Positions 12,016 through 25,100 of a stretch of 64,000 nt of DNA are shown here, one piece after another. This DNA comes from Lama glama. Taxonomy: Eukaryota. Every line of letters starts with the position of its first letter. Position 1 is the stretch's first letter. The stretch is from the NCBI GenBank assembly GCA_028534125.1, contig CM052832.1, positions 17,300,001 to 17,364,000 on the forward strand, given 5' to 3'. Under the pieces are notes generated by a model, which was given only the letters and a program-made list of their open reading frames with translations, did no database searches and was not told where the DNA came from. A program made the position numbers and the translations under genes.

Positions 12016-14181
12016 CACTGTCTCAAATGTAGATCACAACAATTACTATCTTACAGAAGCAGAGTTAAAATTGTTTTATGACTCAGAGATGAGAAACATA
12101 ACATTTAAACATGTAAATATCATGAGGCAGTCAATTTATGCTTATGTATTTTATTAAAGTAATTCCTGGTGGTACATAATTTTAATTCAAGGGAGCTCTT
12201 ATAACTTATGAACATAAACAAACACATAAAAATCTTCTGAATACGTACTTACTCCAGAATCTTGGGTTTAAATAGTGACCTCTGAGACACAAACAGAATT
12301 AATTGTTATAGGCACTGAAATGTTTGAATTACTTATTATGGTCATCAAGTCAAAGGCACATTAAGACTGAATAAAAAGATAAATCTTATGATCCTCAACT
12401 TATTGTTTAGGGCTTTGCAGATTGACTATTTTCTCTTTCACAGATTGCTAGACCTCAGGCATCAGGTAACTATTAGAGGTTATTTAAATGATATCTGCTC
12501 CATCCAACAATTTTATTTCCAAATCAGTATGCATACTATTAATGGTAAGATTATTTTATAAACACATGCTATAACTTGAGTGTTGGAAATGCATATTACT
12601 TAGCAGCAATTTTTATTTGTAATATATTCACTAACTAGAGGGAAAAAAAGTCTGAATAAATATCTTTATTTCCCTCTTACATCTTTCTTTCACATCGAAA
12701 AACTTTTGCATGTATTAAATTTCTCCTAGTGAAATATCAAGATATCTTCTAATTCTCCAACTACTTCATTTACAGGCTTTTTCTATGGCAATTTACTGAA
12801 GTCAACTGGATATAGTCTTGATGGCTTAGAAAGCCTTTCTCAATGATTTGAGCTTTCAGGAAACATTGAGAAATTTTGTTCTATTCTTATTCTGAATTAA
12901 TGTTAATGGTTGCTTTTTAATGTTCCTCTAGGGTCAAGACCTATCTTCAGGTTGATTTAAAGTCAGAACAAAGTACTGAGAATTGCTGACAAGTTTCATC
13001 CCCTTATCTGACGTCACACATTCAAGAGGAGGAGCCCTACAGAGAATCTATACCTTAACACACATCAGGAAAAGCAGAATTTGCAAGGGCACTGCTGGGA
13101 GAACACGAAAGAGCTGCAGCCCTGGAAAGCAAATGCTTAGCTAGAATCTGTTTTCCAGTGTAGGCTCCACATTGGTCAAGAAGCAGAACATCAAGGGAAC
13201 TCTCTCTGGATCACAGTAATGTTAATCTTTAATATCTCTTGGAAAATAGTGTGCCTGGGTTGGTAAAACAACTTGTGGGAAGTAAAAGAAAGAGACCTTG
13301 CACCTATAAGGACTGATTCTTCTGATTTTCTTTCAGGATGCTTACAATAAATAAATATTATAAATCTCTGCAAAGAAATTCTCCTTTTTATCTTCATTAC
13401 GAAAGATTAATGTATTCTTTATTATAGTGAAGAGAAGGACATGAACCATGTCTCAATGTGTGATTTCAGACATTTTGATCCAGCAGAAATGAAAGATGAA
13501 AACATAGATTAAATTGAAAATAAAGAATTAAAATATAACATTTTATTCATTAACACTCTGGAAGTTAGAAAGACTCAGATATTGATCCATTTCTAAATCT
13601 CACTATATGCATGAAAAATCACTTGAAGGTTTCCTATGTCAGCATTTTAATAGGTAGAAGGATTTTTTTTTCCCTTCCTGAATTAATCTTTGGAGGCTAT
13701 AGTAATAATGGAAATAGTTAAGAAATTAACAGTGAAGCACTGGCTTTAATTTTTTTAATTTTCAATTTTGTTTTCATATAATTTTGACTGAAACACTGTC
13801 TTATTCAGAAGAAGTTAGACACAATTACTCACACCAACCTGTCAAAATAAGTAAGTATTAATTATTCATTCAACCCCCTGCTTAGACATTATAGAGCTCT
13901 AGTGGTGTACAACAACTTACAGTACCTTTCAGAGAGTTATTTTTTTCTTTCTAACCAGTTTGGTCAATGGCGGAACCCAGGCTCAAATCATGATTCTTGG
14001 GAATCTACTTCTGAGGAAACCACCAAAAGTCTCTCAAAACAGCTAACTTACCAGTGTATTCATTTAGTCTTCTAAATCTGTTCACTTCTGAATCTTGGCC
14101 ATAATATTTCTTCATAATATTCTGGAAATATATTTGAAATGTACAACAAACAAAAAGCACAACTTTTTATACTATATCCAT

Positions 14182-14204
14182 AGAGAGAGAGAGAGAGAGA
14201 GAGA
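14182..14204. repeat. (AG)n microsatellite
   Basis: AGAGAGAG... about 11 units. Confidence 0.9.
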
Positions 14205-16079
14205 GGCATCAGTGAGATATTTAACTGTTACTTTTCAATATTTTCTTTTAGTTATTTTTAATGGAAGCTTTCTGGACATTATTTTGGCTTCAAGTATTAA
14301 GAAGTTATCTTTTTATACTCAGTGATAGGAAACAATGGAGGTGGACTAGTGATAATCTGTTCAATTGTGAAAAGTTTTGACTGTTCTGATATGCTCTTGC
14401 ATGTCTAAAGGTACCCTACCTGTAACACACTACTGAATAATAATGAGCTTATTATTCATTTGAATAGAAACTGATGTTTTAAATTATTTTTCACCAAATT
14501 AGATAAATCTGTTATTTGTTACTATACAGATTAAACCACAATCTTTTCCATTCATCTGCCACCTTCTGTCATCCTATTCAGGTAAGTACAAAATAGCAGC
14601 CTAAGTTTTTATTGAAAAAAAAAGTGCTTACTAACAACTAAGTGATTTTTCATCATTAGTCATAGTATGGCAACTTTTCTTTTATTCAAAAATTAGGTAT
14701 ACACACGTGGAACTATACATATATATATGAAAAGCTTTAGCTGTTATGGACAAGAGTGAAGAGCAATAGACATCATGTGTCTGCTTTCTTAAATCTCACA
14801 GACTTCAGTGCGGGGGGACATGTTAAACATTTACCTACATGGTGCCTGATTATATCTTCTTACAGTTATTGCAGTCACCAACAATTACTGAGGTGCACTA
14901 TATTCCAAGCATTGTTCTAAGCACTTCACATTTATTACCATTTAATCTCACCCAACCTCAAGCAATTTTATTGTCCCCATTTTTACAAATGAAAAAACTG
15001 AGCCTCAAAGTCTGATGTAACTTGTCTGTGATCATACAGCTAAGTAATTTGCAGAAACATGAGCAAAAGCTCTCTGCCTATGCTGTCATACTCCACACTG
15101 TACTAGACCTCCGCAAATCTCTCTATAGATAATATATCAAACAAAAGGAGATTATGAGTTCAGGGAATCTCTCTTAAACATTAAATATTTAAGAGGTAGT
15201 CAAAAGAATGAGTAGAATTTGCACAATGAATAGAAGTCCAGAAAAGAAAAAGAGGGTTTCAAAGGGCTTAAGATAGGAAGGAGTTTGACACAAACTGAGA
15301 GGTTAGTAGTCGATATGTGTAAAGTGATCTGTGAGAGGAGAATGAGGCCTCGTGTAGGTCCACCCAGGCCACCTCAAAGAATTAGAATATTTCTTAAATG
15401 TAATGGAAAGTGACTGACAAGGTTTAAACACATGGATAATGTGATTTTATGTAATCTTGTAACAATGTAAAGGTAAGATTGGATGTAAGGGAAAAAGAAA
15501 AGAGATGATAATGGTTTGGATCAGGGTAGTGATTATGGAAAGTTTTTAGAGAGGATAGTTAAAATATATTTTTGCATTCAAGTTTACCAGTTTGGGTGAT
15601 AAGCTAGGTATTGCGGATGAGGTAGATAAACATGTCACGGATAAATGCCATATCTCCTGTGTAACAAACTGGAAGATCAAAGGTGCTATTCACTAAGATT
15701 TGGAAAAAGAGGAACACTCTTCCTCATTCTGACATTAGTCAAATAAATATATTTTATACATGTGTTCACTGACCAAGTAAAAGAGCAAGTTCACTATATC
15801 AAGCCAACGAGAATTATAGAGAATTATAGAATCATATCTATTCCAAACTTCCAAATTTACATGTGAGAAAATTCAGACCTTGAGTTTAAGAGTGAACTTC
15901 CCAAGGTCATTTGGATAAAAATATATTAAACTCATCACCATAAATGAACCTACAACAAATACTAGATTATTTGGCTATAATTTTTACTTTTATCCATTAG
16001 TTTTTAATTAGTGACATAAATTCTCTGCCTTTGTTTAGTTCTGTATTTCATCAAATTATTTAGTCTTTGTTGACAAATT

Positions 16080-16160
16080 TCTCCTCCTCCTCTTTCTTCT
16101 CCTTTCCTCCACCTCCTCCTGTTCATCCTCATCTTCCTCCACCTCCTCCTCCTGATCTTC
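16080..16160. repeat. CCT-rich low-complexity pyrimidine tract just upstream of the OR2W1 splice acceptor
   Basis: Degenerate (CCT)n, followed by TTCTCATTCTAG|G at 16168-16169. Confidence 0.8.
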
Positions 16161-16189
16161 TCATTCTAGGATTTGGGCACTAAAGGAGT

Positions 16190-17143
16190 ATGGACCTAAG
16201 AAATTATACTTTGCTACAGGGGTTTATTCTGCTTGGCTTCTCTGACCATCCCAAACTGGAGATGGTCCTGTCAGCAGCTGTCACTCTCTTCTACTTAATT
16301 ACTTTGGCTGGTAACACAGCCATCATTCTCGCATCCCTCCTGGATCCCCATCTCCACACACCAATGTATTTTTTCCTCAGGAATTTATCCTTCCTGGATC
16401 TATGTTTCACAACCAGCATCATCCCCCAGATGCTGGTTAACTTGTGGGGACCTGATAAGACCATCAGCTATGTGGGCTGTGTCATTCAGCTCTATGTTTA
16501 CATGTGGTTTGGCTCCACTGAGTGCCTTCTCCTAGCTGTTATGTCCTATGATCGTTTTACAGCTATTTGTAAGCCCTTGCATTATTTGGTAATCATGAAC
16601 CCACATTTGTGCTTCAAGATGACTACCATGGTCTGGAGTATCAGTTTGGCCAATTCAGTTGTATTATGTACACTCACCCTGAATTTGCCTAGATGTGGAA
16701 ACAAGCTTCTGGATCATTTCTTGTGTGAGTTGCCAGCTATGGTCAAGATAGCGTGCATAGACACCACAGCAGTTGAAATGTCTGTTTTTGCTTTAGGCAT
16801 TGTCATCGTCCTTACACCCCTCATCCTTATTCTTATATCCTATGGTTACATTGCCAAAGCTGTGCTGAGAATGAAGTCAAAAGCAGGCCAACGAAAAGCA
16901 GTTAATACCTGTGGATCTCATCTCACTGTGGTATCCATCTTCTATGGAACTATTATCTACATGTACCTACAACCAGGTAACAGTGCCTCCAAAGACCAGG
17001 GCAAGTTCCTCACCCTCTTTTACACCATCATCACTCCAAGTCTCAACCCTCTTATTTACACCTTAAGGAATAAAGACATGAAAGATGCACTGAAGAAGCT
17101 GATGAGAGTTGACCACAAATCTACAAAATCGAAGAGGAACTAG
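16190..17143 (+). CDS. OR2W1: Olfactory receptor 2W1, intact, 317 aa
   Basis: All OR motifs present. Diagnostic [66 protein letters not shown] and DMKDALKKLMR match recalled human OR2W1; syntenic with ZNF311. Confidence 0.93.
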   Translation: MDLRNYTLLQGFILLGFSDHPKLEMVLSAAVTLFYLITLAGNTAIILASLLDPHLHTPMYFFLRNLSFLDLCFTTSIIPQMLVNLWGPDKTISYVGCVIQLYVYMWFGSTECLLLAVMSYDRFTAICKPLHYLVIMNPHLCFKMTTMVWSISLANSVVLCTLTLNLPRCGNKLLDHFLCELPAMVKIACIDTTAVEMSVFALGIVIVLTPLILILISYGYIAKAVLRMKSKAGQRKAVNTCGSHLTVVSIFYGTIIYMYLQPGNSASKDQGKFLTLFYTIITPSLNPLIYTLRNKDMKDALKKLMRVDHKSTKSKRN

Positions 17144-18836
17144 AAGTCATAAAAAAAGTATGGCTAAGGCAATGAAATATTTTCTAGTTGTCTTTTATTT
17201 TTACTGAGGCAACTAATCCCTAGATCATAGAGATTAATTAAAATAATAATTCTTGTATGCAAAAATTTTGTGGATGCAAATAATATAACCATCCTACTTA
17301 GCTCTTTAATGCTTCTGATCATTGGCATATCTTCAGGAAAAACAGGTCATAGAATTTTTTTTTTTGCTTATAGTATAAAACAAAGGGCATGTAAACAAAA
17401 ACTTGGATGCACTTAATTTATTCTAAGCCCCACTGAAATTGTTTTGGTTATCTAGTTTTGTATTTTCAGTGCTAATGCTTGGATTTTCAGAAATATAGGC
17501 CTGAATGAAAAGTTTTGTATGCATTATGATTTATATATTAAATAATAATATGCTAATGATTCTTTACATTAAACCTCTTGTGATGCCATCCAAACATTTA
17601 TGTGTTTGGTGCAGACAATGCAATCTATAAGGTAGTAATTGTCATAAGCATTACCTGAAGCAATTCACTTTTTGTTCAATGAAACCTGATAATCAACTTC
17701 ATGAGTAAAGAGTCTTTGCTTTTTTAGTCTATTACATCTTTATCATGATACAAGGGAGTAAGAAGGCACAAAAAAAAGGGTTTTAAAGATGATAACACAG
17801 TCTTATTCATTTATTATTGATTCATAAAACATTTATTCTACAATTATCTCATCTCAACGGAAAGAGAGTGTGACGAGTTTGGAATTAGGCTTTTGCCACA
17901 GATCTATGGAATTGTGGAATTTATGTGATTTTTGAGAAACATAGATTTGTAAATTTTTATGTAGTGAAATTTCATAAGATGAATAAATATTTTTATTTTC
18001 ATTTATCTTGATACAGTACTTACCTTTCTATGGGAAAATGTGATGACTTTTGAATTAAAATTTTATGTCTTCTAAGATCTGATACCTTTCTCTAAAAGAC
18101 CCCATTATTTAAAATTGTAATCAATCTAGGTGTATAATATTTTCTCCTCTATCACGTCACAATTCTTGAAATGTGAAGAGGAAGGAGTCACTGGATAATT
18201 TTTAATTTCCCAGTCAGAACAACACAGTAACGACTCACATAAAATATATTTGATATAGGAAATTGTCAATGTTCTTATTGTCCAAATACTACCTCTTTTA
18301 GAGTTCCCTTCAAAAACAATTCACTAGCCTACAGAAAAAATTCACCAGTAAGTACATAGAATATCAATTATGTGGTCCTGATGTACATAATCTAGCCACC
18401 TCACTCATTAGTCTTGTATCTGGAAAGTTTGTTCTTAATCTTGGCAAGAATCTGTAACTAATAATGTTAGGAGATAATTTAAGTCATTTGCTAACTTCAG
18501 TAATAAGTACACCAAAAATATAATAGTAATGCACTCTTAGAAGAACATTATATTTTACACCTATAATTGTTTGTTCTCCTATGTATCTCTAGTTTTATTT
18601 TTTCTTTGGTTTAAGTTTCTTCTGCATTAGGGTTGCAAATTAAACCAACATTTTAAATACTTAACCTCCCTTTTATTTTTCCAAAATAAATGTATATATT
18701 CAGACCATTATATTAAAACACAATAAATTCTTAAAATATATTGAGCTTCTGTAAGCAAATCAGTACAAGCTTGTCAGTATGACCTCACATTTAAGGAATA
18801 ATATGTGACTTGAAAAGGTAAGTGATAAAAGTAAGT

Positions 18837-18861
18837 AATCATCATCATCATCATCATCATC
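18837..18861. repeat. (ATC)n microsatellite
   Basis: ATCATCATC... about 8 units. Confidence 0.9.
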
Positions 18862-18929
18862 TCTAATTCTCTTTAGAGAGAGGTTACTTTTCTCACCGAG
18901 GCCTCAATCAACATTCATGAGAATTTATC

Positions 18930-20310
18930 ACACTTGCTTTATGAGATGTTCTACACAAAACTCATGGTAATCACAAAACATAAATCTAGAGCACAGACAT
19001 AAGATCTTTAAAAAGAGGAAACTGAGAAAAACAGCATAGAAAACCATTAAACCAAAATGGCAGGCAGATATGCAAGAAAGAAGAAATGATGGAGATAGAG
19101 AGTAAGCAGAAAATAAAAAATAAAATGGTAGTACTAAGTCCTCATTTATCAATAATCACCCTAAATATAAGTGGATTGAATTCACCAATCAAAAGATGCA
19201 GAGCATCTGGATGGGGTTAAAAAACAGGACCCAAATATATTCTGCCTCCAGGAGACTCAACTCACCTCTAAAGACAAACATATGCTCAAAGAGAAGGGAT
19301 GAGAGATGATGCTCCAAGTAAATGGCAGCCGAAAGAAAGCAAATGTAGCCATACTTATATCAGACAAGACAGATGTCGAGCCAAAAAAAAAGAACAAGAG
19401 ACAGAGATGGACATTATATGATGATAAAGGGGACAATTTATAAAAGGGCATAATAGTTATTAATATATATGAACCTAACATAGCAACATGAAAATATATA
19501 AAGCAATTATTAATAGACCTAAAGGGAGAAACTGACAGGACCATAATAATGGTAGAGGACGTTAACATCCCACTTACAGCCATGGATAGATCATCAGACA
19601 GAAAGTCAACAGGGAAACAGCAGCCTTAAATGAAACATTAGACCTGTTGGATTTGATAGATTTATACAGAACATTTGATGCAAATGCAGCATAATACACA
19701 TTCTTTTCAAGTGTACATGGAACATTCTCAAGGATAGACCATATGCTGGCACATAAGTCTCAATAAATTTAGTAAGACTGAAATCACATCAAGCATCTTT
19801 TGCAATCACAGTGGTATAAAACTAGAAACAACTAAAAGAAGAAAGCTGAAAATATCACAAATATATGGAGACTGAAAAACACACTACTAAACAACTACTG
19901 GGTCAATAGGAAATCAAAAATATCTGAACACAAGTGAAAATGAAAATATGACATATTAAAATCTCTGGGATACAGCAAAAGCACTATTGAGAGGAAAGTT
20001 TATAGCAAGTACACTGTTGTTGAGAATGTAAATTTTTGCAGCCACTATGGAAAACAGTATGGAGATTCCTCAAAAAAATGAGAATAGAAATGTCACATGT
20101 TCCAGCTATTCCACTTCTGAGTATTTATCCAGTAATATTAAAACACTAATTTGAAAAGATATAGGCATCCCTCTGTTCACAGCAGCATTGTTTACAATAG
20201 CCAAGATACACAAGTAACCTAAACATCCATCAATGGATGAATGGATAAAGATGTGGTGTATACATATATGATGGAATATTACTCAGCCATAAAAAAGATG
20301 AGATCTTGCT
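18930..20310 (+). mobile_element. LINE-1 fragment: inter-ORF region, endonuclease domain, then internally deleted to the 3' region
   Basis: Endonuclease-like text (AATCACCCTAAATATAAGTGGATTGAATTCACCAATCAAAAG, GGAACATTCTCAAGGATAGACCATATG); jumps at ~20010 to ACTGTTGTTGAGAATGTAAATT...ATGGAATATTACTCAGCCATAAAAAAG. Confidence 0.88.
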
Positions 20311-21415
20311 AACTCTGTACTCATCTCAAGTTTTTCAGGGATAATGATTATCTACCAAAATAACCTGGGAGTTGAAGCTGACCAAATTGGCTTAGGTCAG
20401 TTCAGAACACACATGGACTCCATTTCTCTCATTACATACTATTCTTGTCTTAATTTATTATATCTTGCTTTCTGCCTCTAAAAATGAAGATATGAACTAA
20501 AATGTTTAAAAACAAATAACAGAAACTTCTAGTCTGTCAGCTGAAAGATATACACATACACTCCCTTAAAAAACTAAGAAACAAAACAATCATTATTTCA
20601 AGTTAACATACTTTATTCCATTTTGAACACAATAAATTCATTGAAAATGGTTAAATATTTCTATAGTTTCAGCAAGGAGAGAATATACAAAATAAATATT
20701 TTAAATCTATAAAAAATAAAATGAAATAAAATAAGATCTATAGCTCTCCTCTCTATCAACAATAAGTAGCAAATAATTAAATAAAATATATCAATAAAGA
20801 TAAACAGCAAGATGTATAGAATATTTTTATGAAAAAGTACTATTCATCTTTACCAAAGGGGGAAAATCTTTAATAAATTAAGACATGCCACATTCTTCAA
20901 AAAGAAATTTTTAAATATAAAGTTAAAAAAATGCAGCTATTTCAGACAATTTCCTATATTTTGTTTGGCTTGTAACAAATTGACTTCAAGATTTATTTGG
21001 AAAAATGAGAGCTTAGTAGATCAAGACATTTTTATAAAAAAAAGAGTAATAAGGAAGGATTTGCTGTGCCAGGCACTGAAATGTTATCAAGTAATAATTA
21101 TTAAAAGCACTGGTTTGCAGATGACTGAAACAAAATGGACATCCCAAAACAAACAGGTGGGCATTTCCAGTTCTGGCAATAGGGTGATAGATCATTTTCA
21201 CTAACCAAGTAATGGAAAACAGTTCCATATGCAGCTTGTTAACTGAACACAAAGTGGTCAAGAAAGACATTTTCCACAATTTGTAAGCTTTGTTTGGAAA
21301 CATTACTCCTTCACAATATTGAGTCATAGACGTGAACAATAAAATTTTTGTGATCTATTGTTTCCCCTTTCTGGTTCCTTTGTTACCCTTTTTTAACAGA
21401 GATCAAGAAGTGAAG

Positions 21416-21638
21416 ATGATGGACACATCCAAGGCCAGCTCAGGTGGTAACTTCATTTTGCTGGGCTTTTCTGATCAACCCCAACTGCAGCTCAATGTCT
21501 CTATGACTGTTTTTGCTCTTCCATATCATGACTCTCCTAAACAACACAGCAACTATTCTGGTGTCTTTTCTGGACAGCCGACTTCATACACCCATATACT
21601 TCTTCCTCAGTAACCTCTCATTTTTGGACATCTGTTAC
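21416..21638 (+). pseudogene. OR family-2 pseudogene, 5' fragment only (N-terminus to TM2)
   Basis: Acceptor TTTTTTAACAG at 21398-21399; MMDTSKASSGGNFILLGFSDQPQL, frameshift, [40 protein letters not shown], then an abrupt switch to L1 sequence. Confidence 0.88.
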
Positions 21639-21639
21639 C

Positions 21640-22150
21640 TGCAATTCCTCTCCTAGGAATATACCAAAAGACATTCTTGCATGTGTCCCAAGAGACATAC
21701 ACAAAATTGTTCATCATAATGCCTTTCATATGAGCCAAAAACTGTAATCAGTAAAAATGTCCATTAACAAGTGAATAGAAAAAATAATTGTAATATATTC
21801 AAGCAACAGAATATTATACAGCATGAAAATAGATGAACCATAACCACACGAAATGTATCGGATAATTTTAGCAACCAAATGTTAAGTGAAAAAAGAAAAG
21901 TCCCAAAAGCACATATAAAATATGTGGAAGTTCAAAAACAACTAAACTTTAAAATTCATGCTATTTAGGCATTAATATATAAATTATATCCTAATGCAAA
22001 TATGTGAACACAAAATTCAAGATCCTGATTCCCCTGGGGATCAGGTAGAAAGAAGGGAGAGTGTATAGTCATATAGGTAGCTCTAAGCTATTAGTTAAGT
22101 TTCCTGTTTTTGAACAGAGTAACAGGCTGAAAGGTGTTCAAGGTATTATT
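21640..22150 (+). mobile_element. Old L1 (L1ME-like) 3' fragment abutting the OR pseudogene
   Basis: GCAATTCCTCTCCTAGGAATATACC...TGTTCATCATAATGC...GAATATTATACAGC L1 3' signatures. Confidence 0.7.
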
Positions 22151-25100
22151 TTTAATTCATTGAAAATGGAACAATGATGATATGGCTCATGACCCTAGAA
22201 TTATGATCATTCCATAATTTTTTTAACCAAATGATTTCTTTCTTGTGGACACACCACCTAGATAATTGCCTATATTTCTCCAACTTGATTGATATCTTAC
22301 CTGTTAAATAAACCAAATTTCAATTAAATGTGTTAATTTTTATAGATATGGTTTATATTATATTTATAATCTTCAATAGTAAATTTAATATAATACATAA
22401 ATTTATCACTGAATCATCAGAGAAGAATTATTGGAATCCATGGAAGAAATCTAAATAGAAAATGAAAAGATAAAACCTAATGTCTTAAGGGAACTTTTCA
22501 TAAAATTGTTGTTTGGATAAGCCTCTGACCATAGTCAAAGATCTGTTAATCACCTCTGGGGACACCAGTCCCCGAGGTCTAAACCAAATCAACATAGTAG
22601 CCTTTAAAGTTGTACATAAATACTTCCCTGCTACATCATTACGATTCTTGCATACACAGAGACCAACATAGTACTCTGTTTAATTAGGCAGAAATCTATC
22701 AACAAATGTGTCTAACAAGAGTATATATTAAAGGCTACAAATACCTAACAAAAATACACTTAACAAAACCTAATTCCTCAACTCTTCTAGCAATCCCACA
22801 TGTAGTTTTTCTGCAACATCCACATTAGAGACTTCTGTTAAATCTTAGATCAACTGTTGCATTTAAATGTAAATATGATTGTGATGTTAGTGTAAGAAAC
22901 TAGTGGCTATTCCAGTATTTCATGGACTCAATAACTTGCCAAGCGATTTTTCTGAATTTTCAATGAAATGAAGGATCACCATAATGGGAACATGGGTGCA
23001 TTTGGACTACATAAGAGCATGACAGCTATGAATTCTTCCCTCATGAAAGCATAAATATATTCTAATATTTTTGTCTTCTGGTAAGTATTCTCTGCTATCT
23101 CCAACAGAAGAAGACATAGAGCAGAAAACAGATCCTAGATATCACAGTTGTTAGACCTCAGTCTAATGTGAGAGCAAAATGTGAAAGGTATGTGAGATGT
23201 AAATAAATATCAATATACTAATGCCCTCTCAGGAGTGAAGATTATATTAAATTTCAACAAGAGCCATTAGGGGTTTTCTTAAGTTACTGAATGCTCTCTA
23301 TGTGCCAAGCATCTTACTAAATATTTTATATTTAATATATCATTTAATCCTCTTCACAAACCATTCTACAAAGCAGGTGCTACTAGAATAACTGCTTTAC
23401 AGATAAGGAAACTCAGGCTTAAAGGAGTTAATTAGCTTGCTCAAGTTCACACAGTAGGAAAGTAGCTGAGGTCTGCTTTAATAAAATCACAGGTGGTCTG
23501 ACTGCAGAGTCTGGACTCTTAAATATTCTTATATTATCTTTTTCTGCCTTGACTTGTGTAGCTATAGCAATATACCTCTTACTTTACAGTTAATAAAAGA
23601 TCCATTTTGTATCTTTTCATTTTTTTACAAAATTTTAGACAACAATGAAATTTTGTTTCCAGTTTTCTCTATATATCATTGTGTATGTTCAAGTTATGTT
23701 TAAATATGTCTAGTTCATTTGTCTTAAATTTCACGCAAAAAAGTGAAATGTAAAATTATGCTATATTATTAGAAACTGAAGTCCATACTATGAAAAATGA
23801 AAAAGTGTGTTTTAATTAAAATATATCATGCCTCTTTTTTAACATCTATTTCTTCAGCATGTTCTAAGTGTCATTTTTATATCACATTGACTTTTAAATT
23901 TAAAATAATATCTAGAATTTAAGACCCAAGGCTTAAACCACTATGGAAAATGTTAAAAGGCATAAGATGAAAAGTCCTATATAGGGGTTCATAAGATTAA
24001 ATTACATAAAGGGTAATTCCTGGCTTGGCAGCACTTCTAACAAGGATACCTGGGGCCTTATGTGATCCAAAGCTTCAACTGAGCCAGGAATGTTTCTCAC
24101 CCAGTAAACCTAGCTAACACATGTTTTAGAAAATGTATGTAGATCACAGATGTGCAGCACACCTAGAGTACTGTATTCACTTCTGAACTCACTAATCTGA
24201 GGCATTTGATAAACCATGGTGCATCCAATGGATAGCAACCAGAGAAGCACAGTAATTAAAGCTCATACAGCGATCTGTGCACTTAGTCTGGGAAGATAAA
24301 TCTAAGAGTATATTTGTTAATAGATTCTAATATTAAAAGACTTAAAGACATATAAAAATTTTAATGAGCCAAATTAAATAATATTGTCTAGATGCACATT
24401 TGGGGAATTAAACTATTAAAATACAAGGAGGTGATTACTACAAACATCAGGATAGCAGATACTTTCGGGGAAGAGAGGAGGGTTATGATTGGGATGAGGC
24501 ACAATGAAAAGCTCCTGGGTTGGTTGGCAAAGTTCTATTTCTTGACCTGGGTGTCAGTTACAAAAATATTCACCTTAATTCATCAAGCTTTTACTTTTTC
24601 TTTCTGTATCCATGTTTTATTTTATATTGAAACTTTTCTATTGTTTTTGAAACTATTTTTTTTAAACGAAGCCATGTCAAATTGACTTATTCTGTGTTTA
24701 TTTCCAGAATTTAAAAAAACAGCCAGTGCTTGGATGTTACAAAGAAGCATCTTTGAGCTCAACATAAGAAGTGAGTAAGAGGCATTGCTTAAAGGGAAGA
24801 GGCTGCTTCATATGCAACTGACTTCCCTGTTACTGAAGTTAGGAAAATAGGAGTTATATGAATACTCTGTGGAAGGATTTCCTATGAGGGGCCAGAGGCT
24901 GGATTCATGGCTTTCTAGGTTCATTTCAACTCTAAAATTCTATGGCCTTTTGATTTCCAACACTATCCCAACCTTAAGTGGTCAAAAAAAGCCAAGTGTA
25001 TTTTGTAATCAAAGCATTTTGAAAACTCACATCCTTTCCTCTGAGGTTTATCCGTTCAATCTGTACACTGTGTTTGTAAGTAATTTTGTAACATAAGTAT

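Noticed and set aside
19257..19583. 108-aa minus-strand ORF (likewise 550-771, 1158-1379, 35769-36041, 38168-38697)
   Set aside because: Antisense readings of L1 sequence.
22024..22045. Near-perfect palindrome containing an O/E-like site TCCCCTGGGGA
   Set aside because: Lies within decayed L1 3' UTR sequence; a single short motif is not enough to call an OR enhancer.
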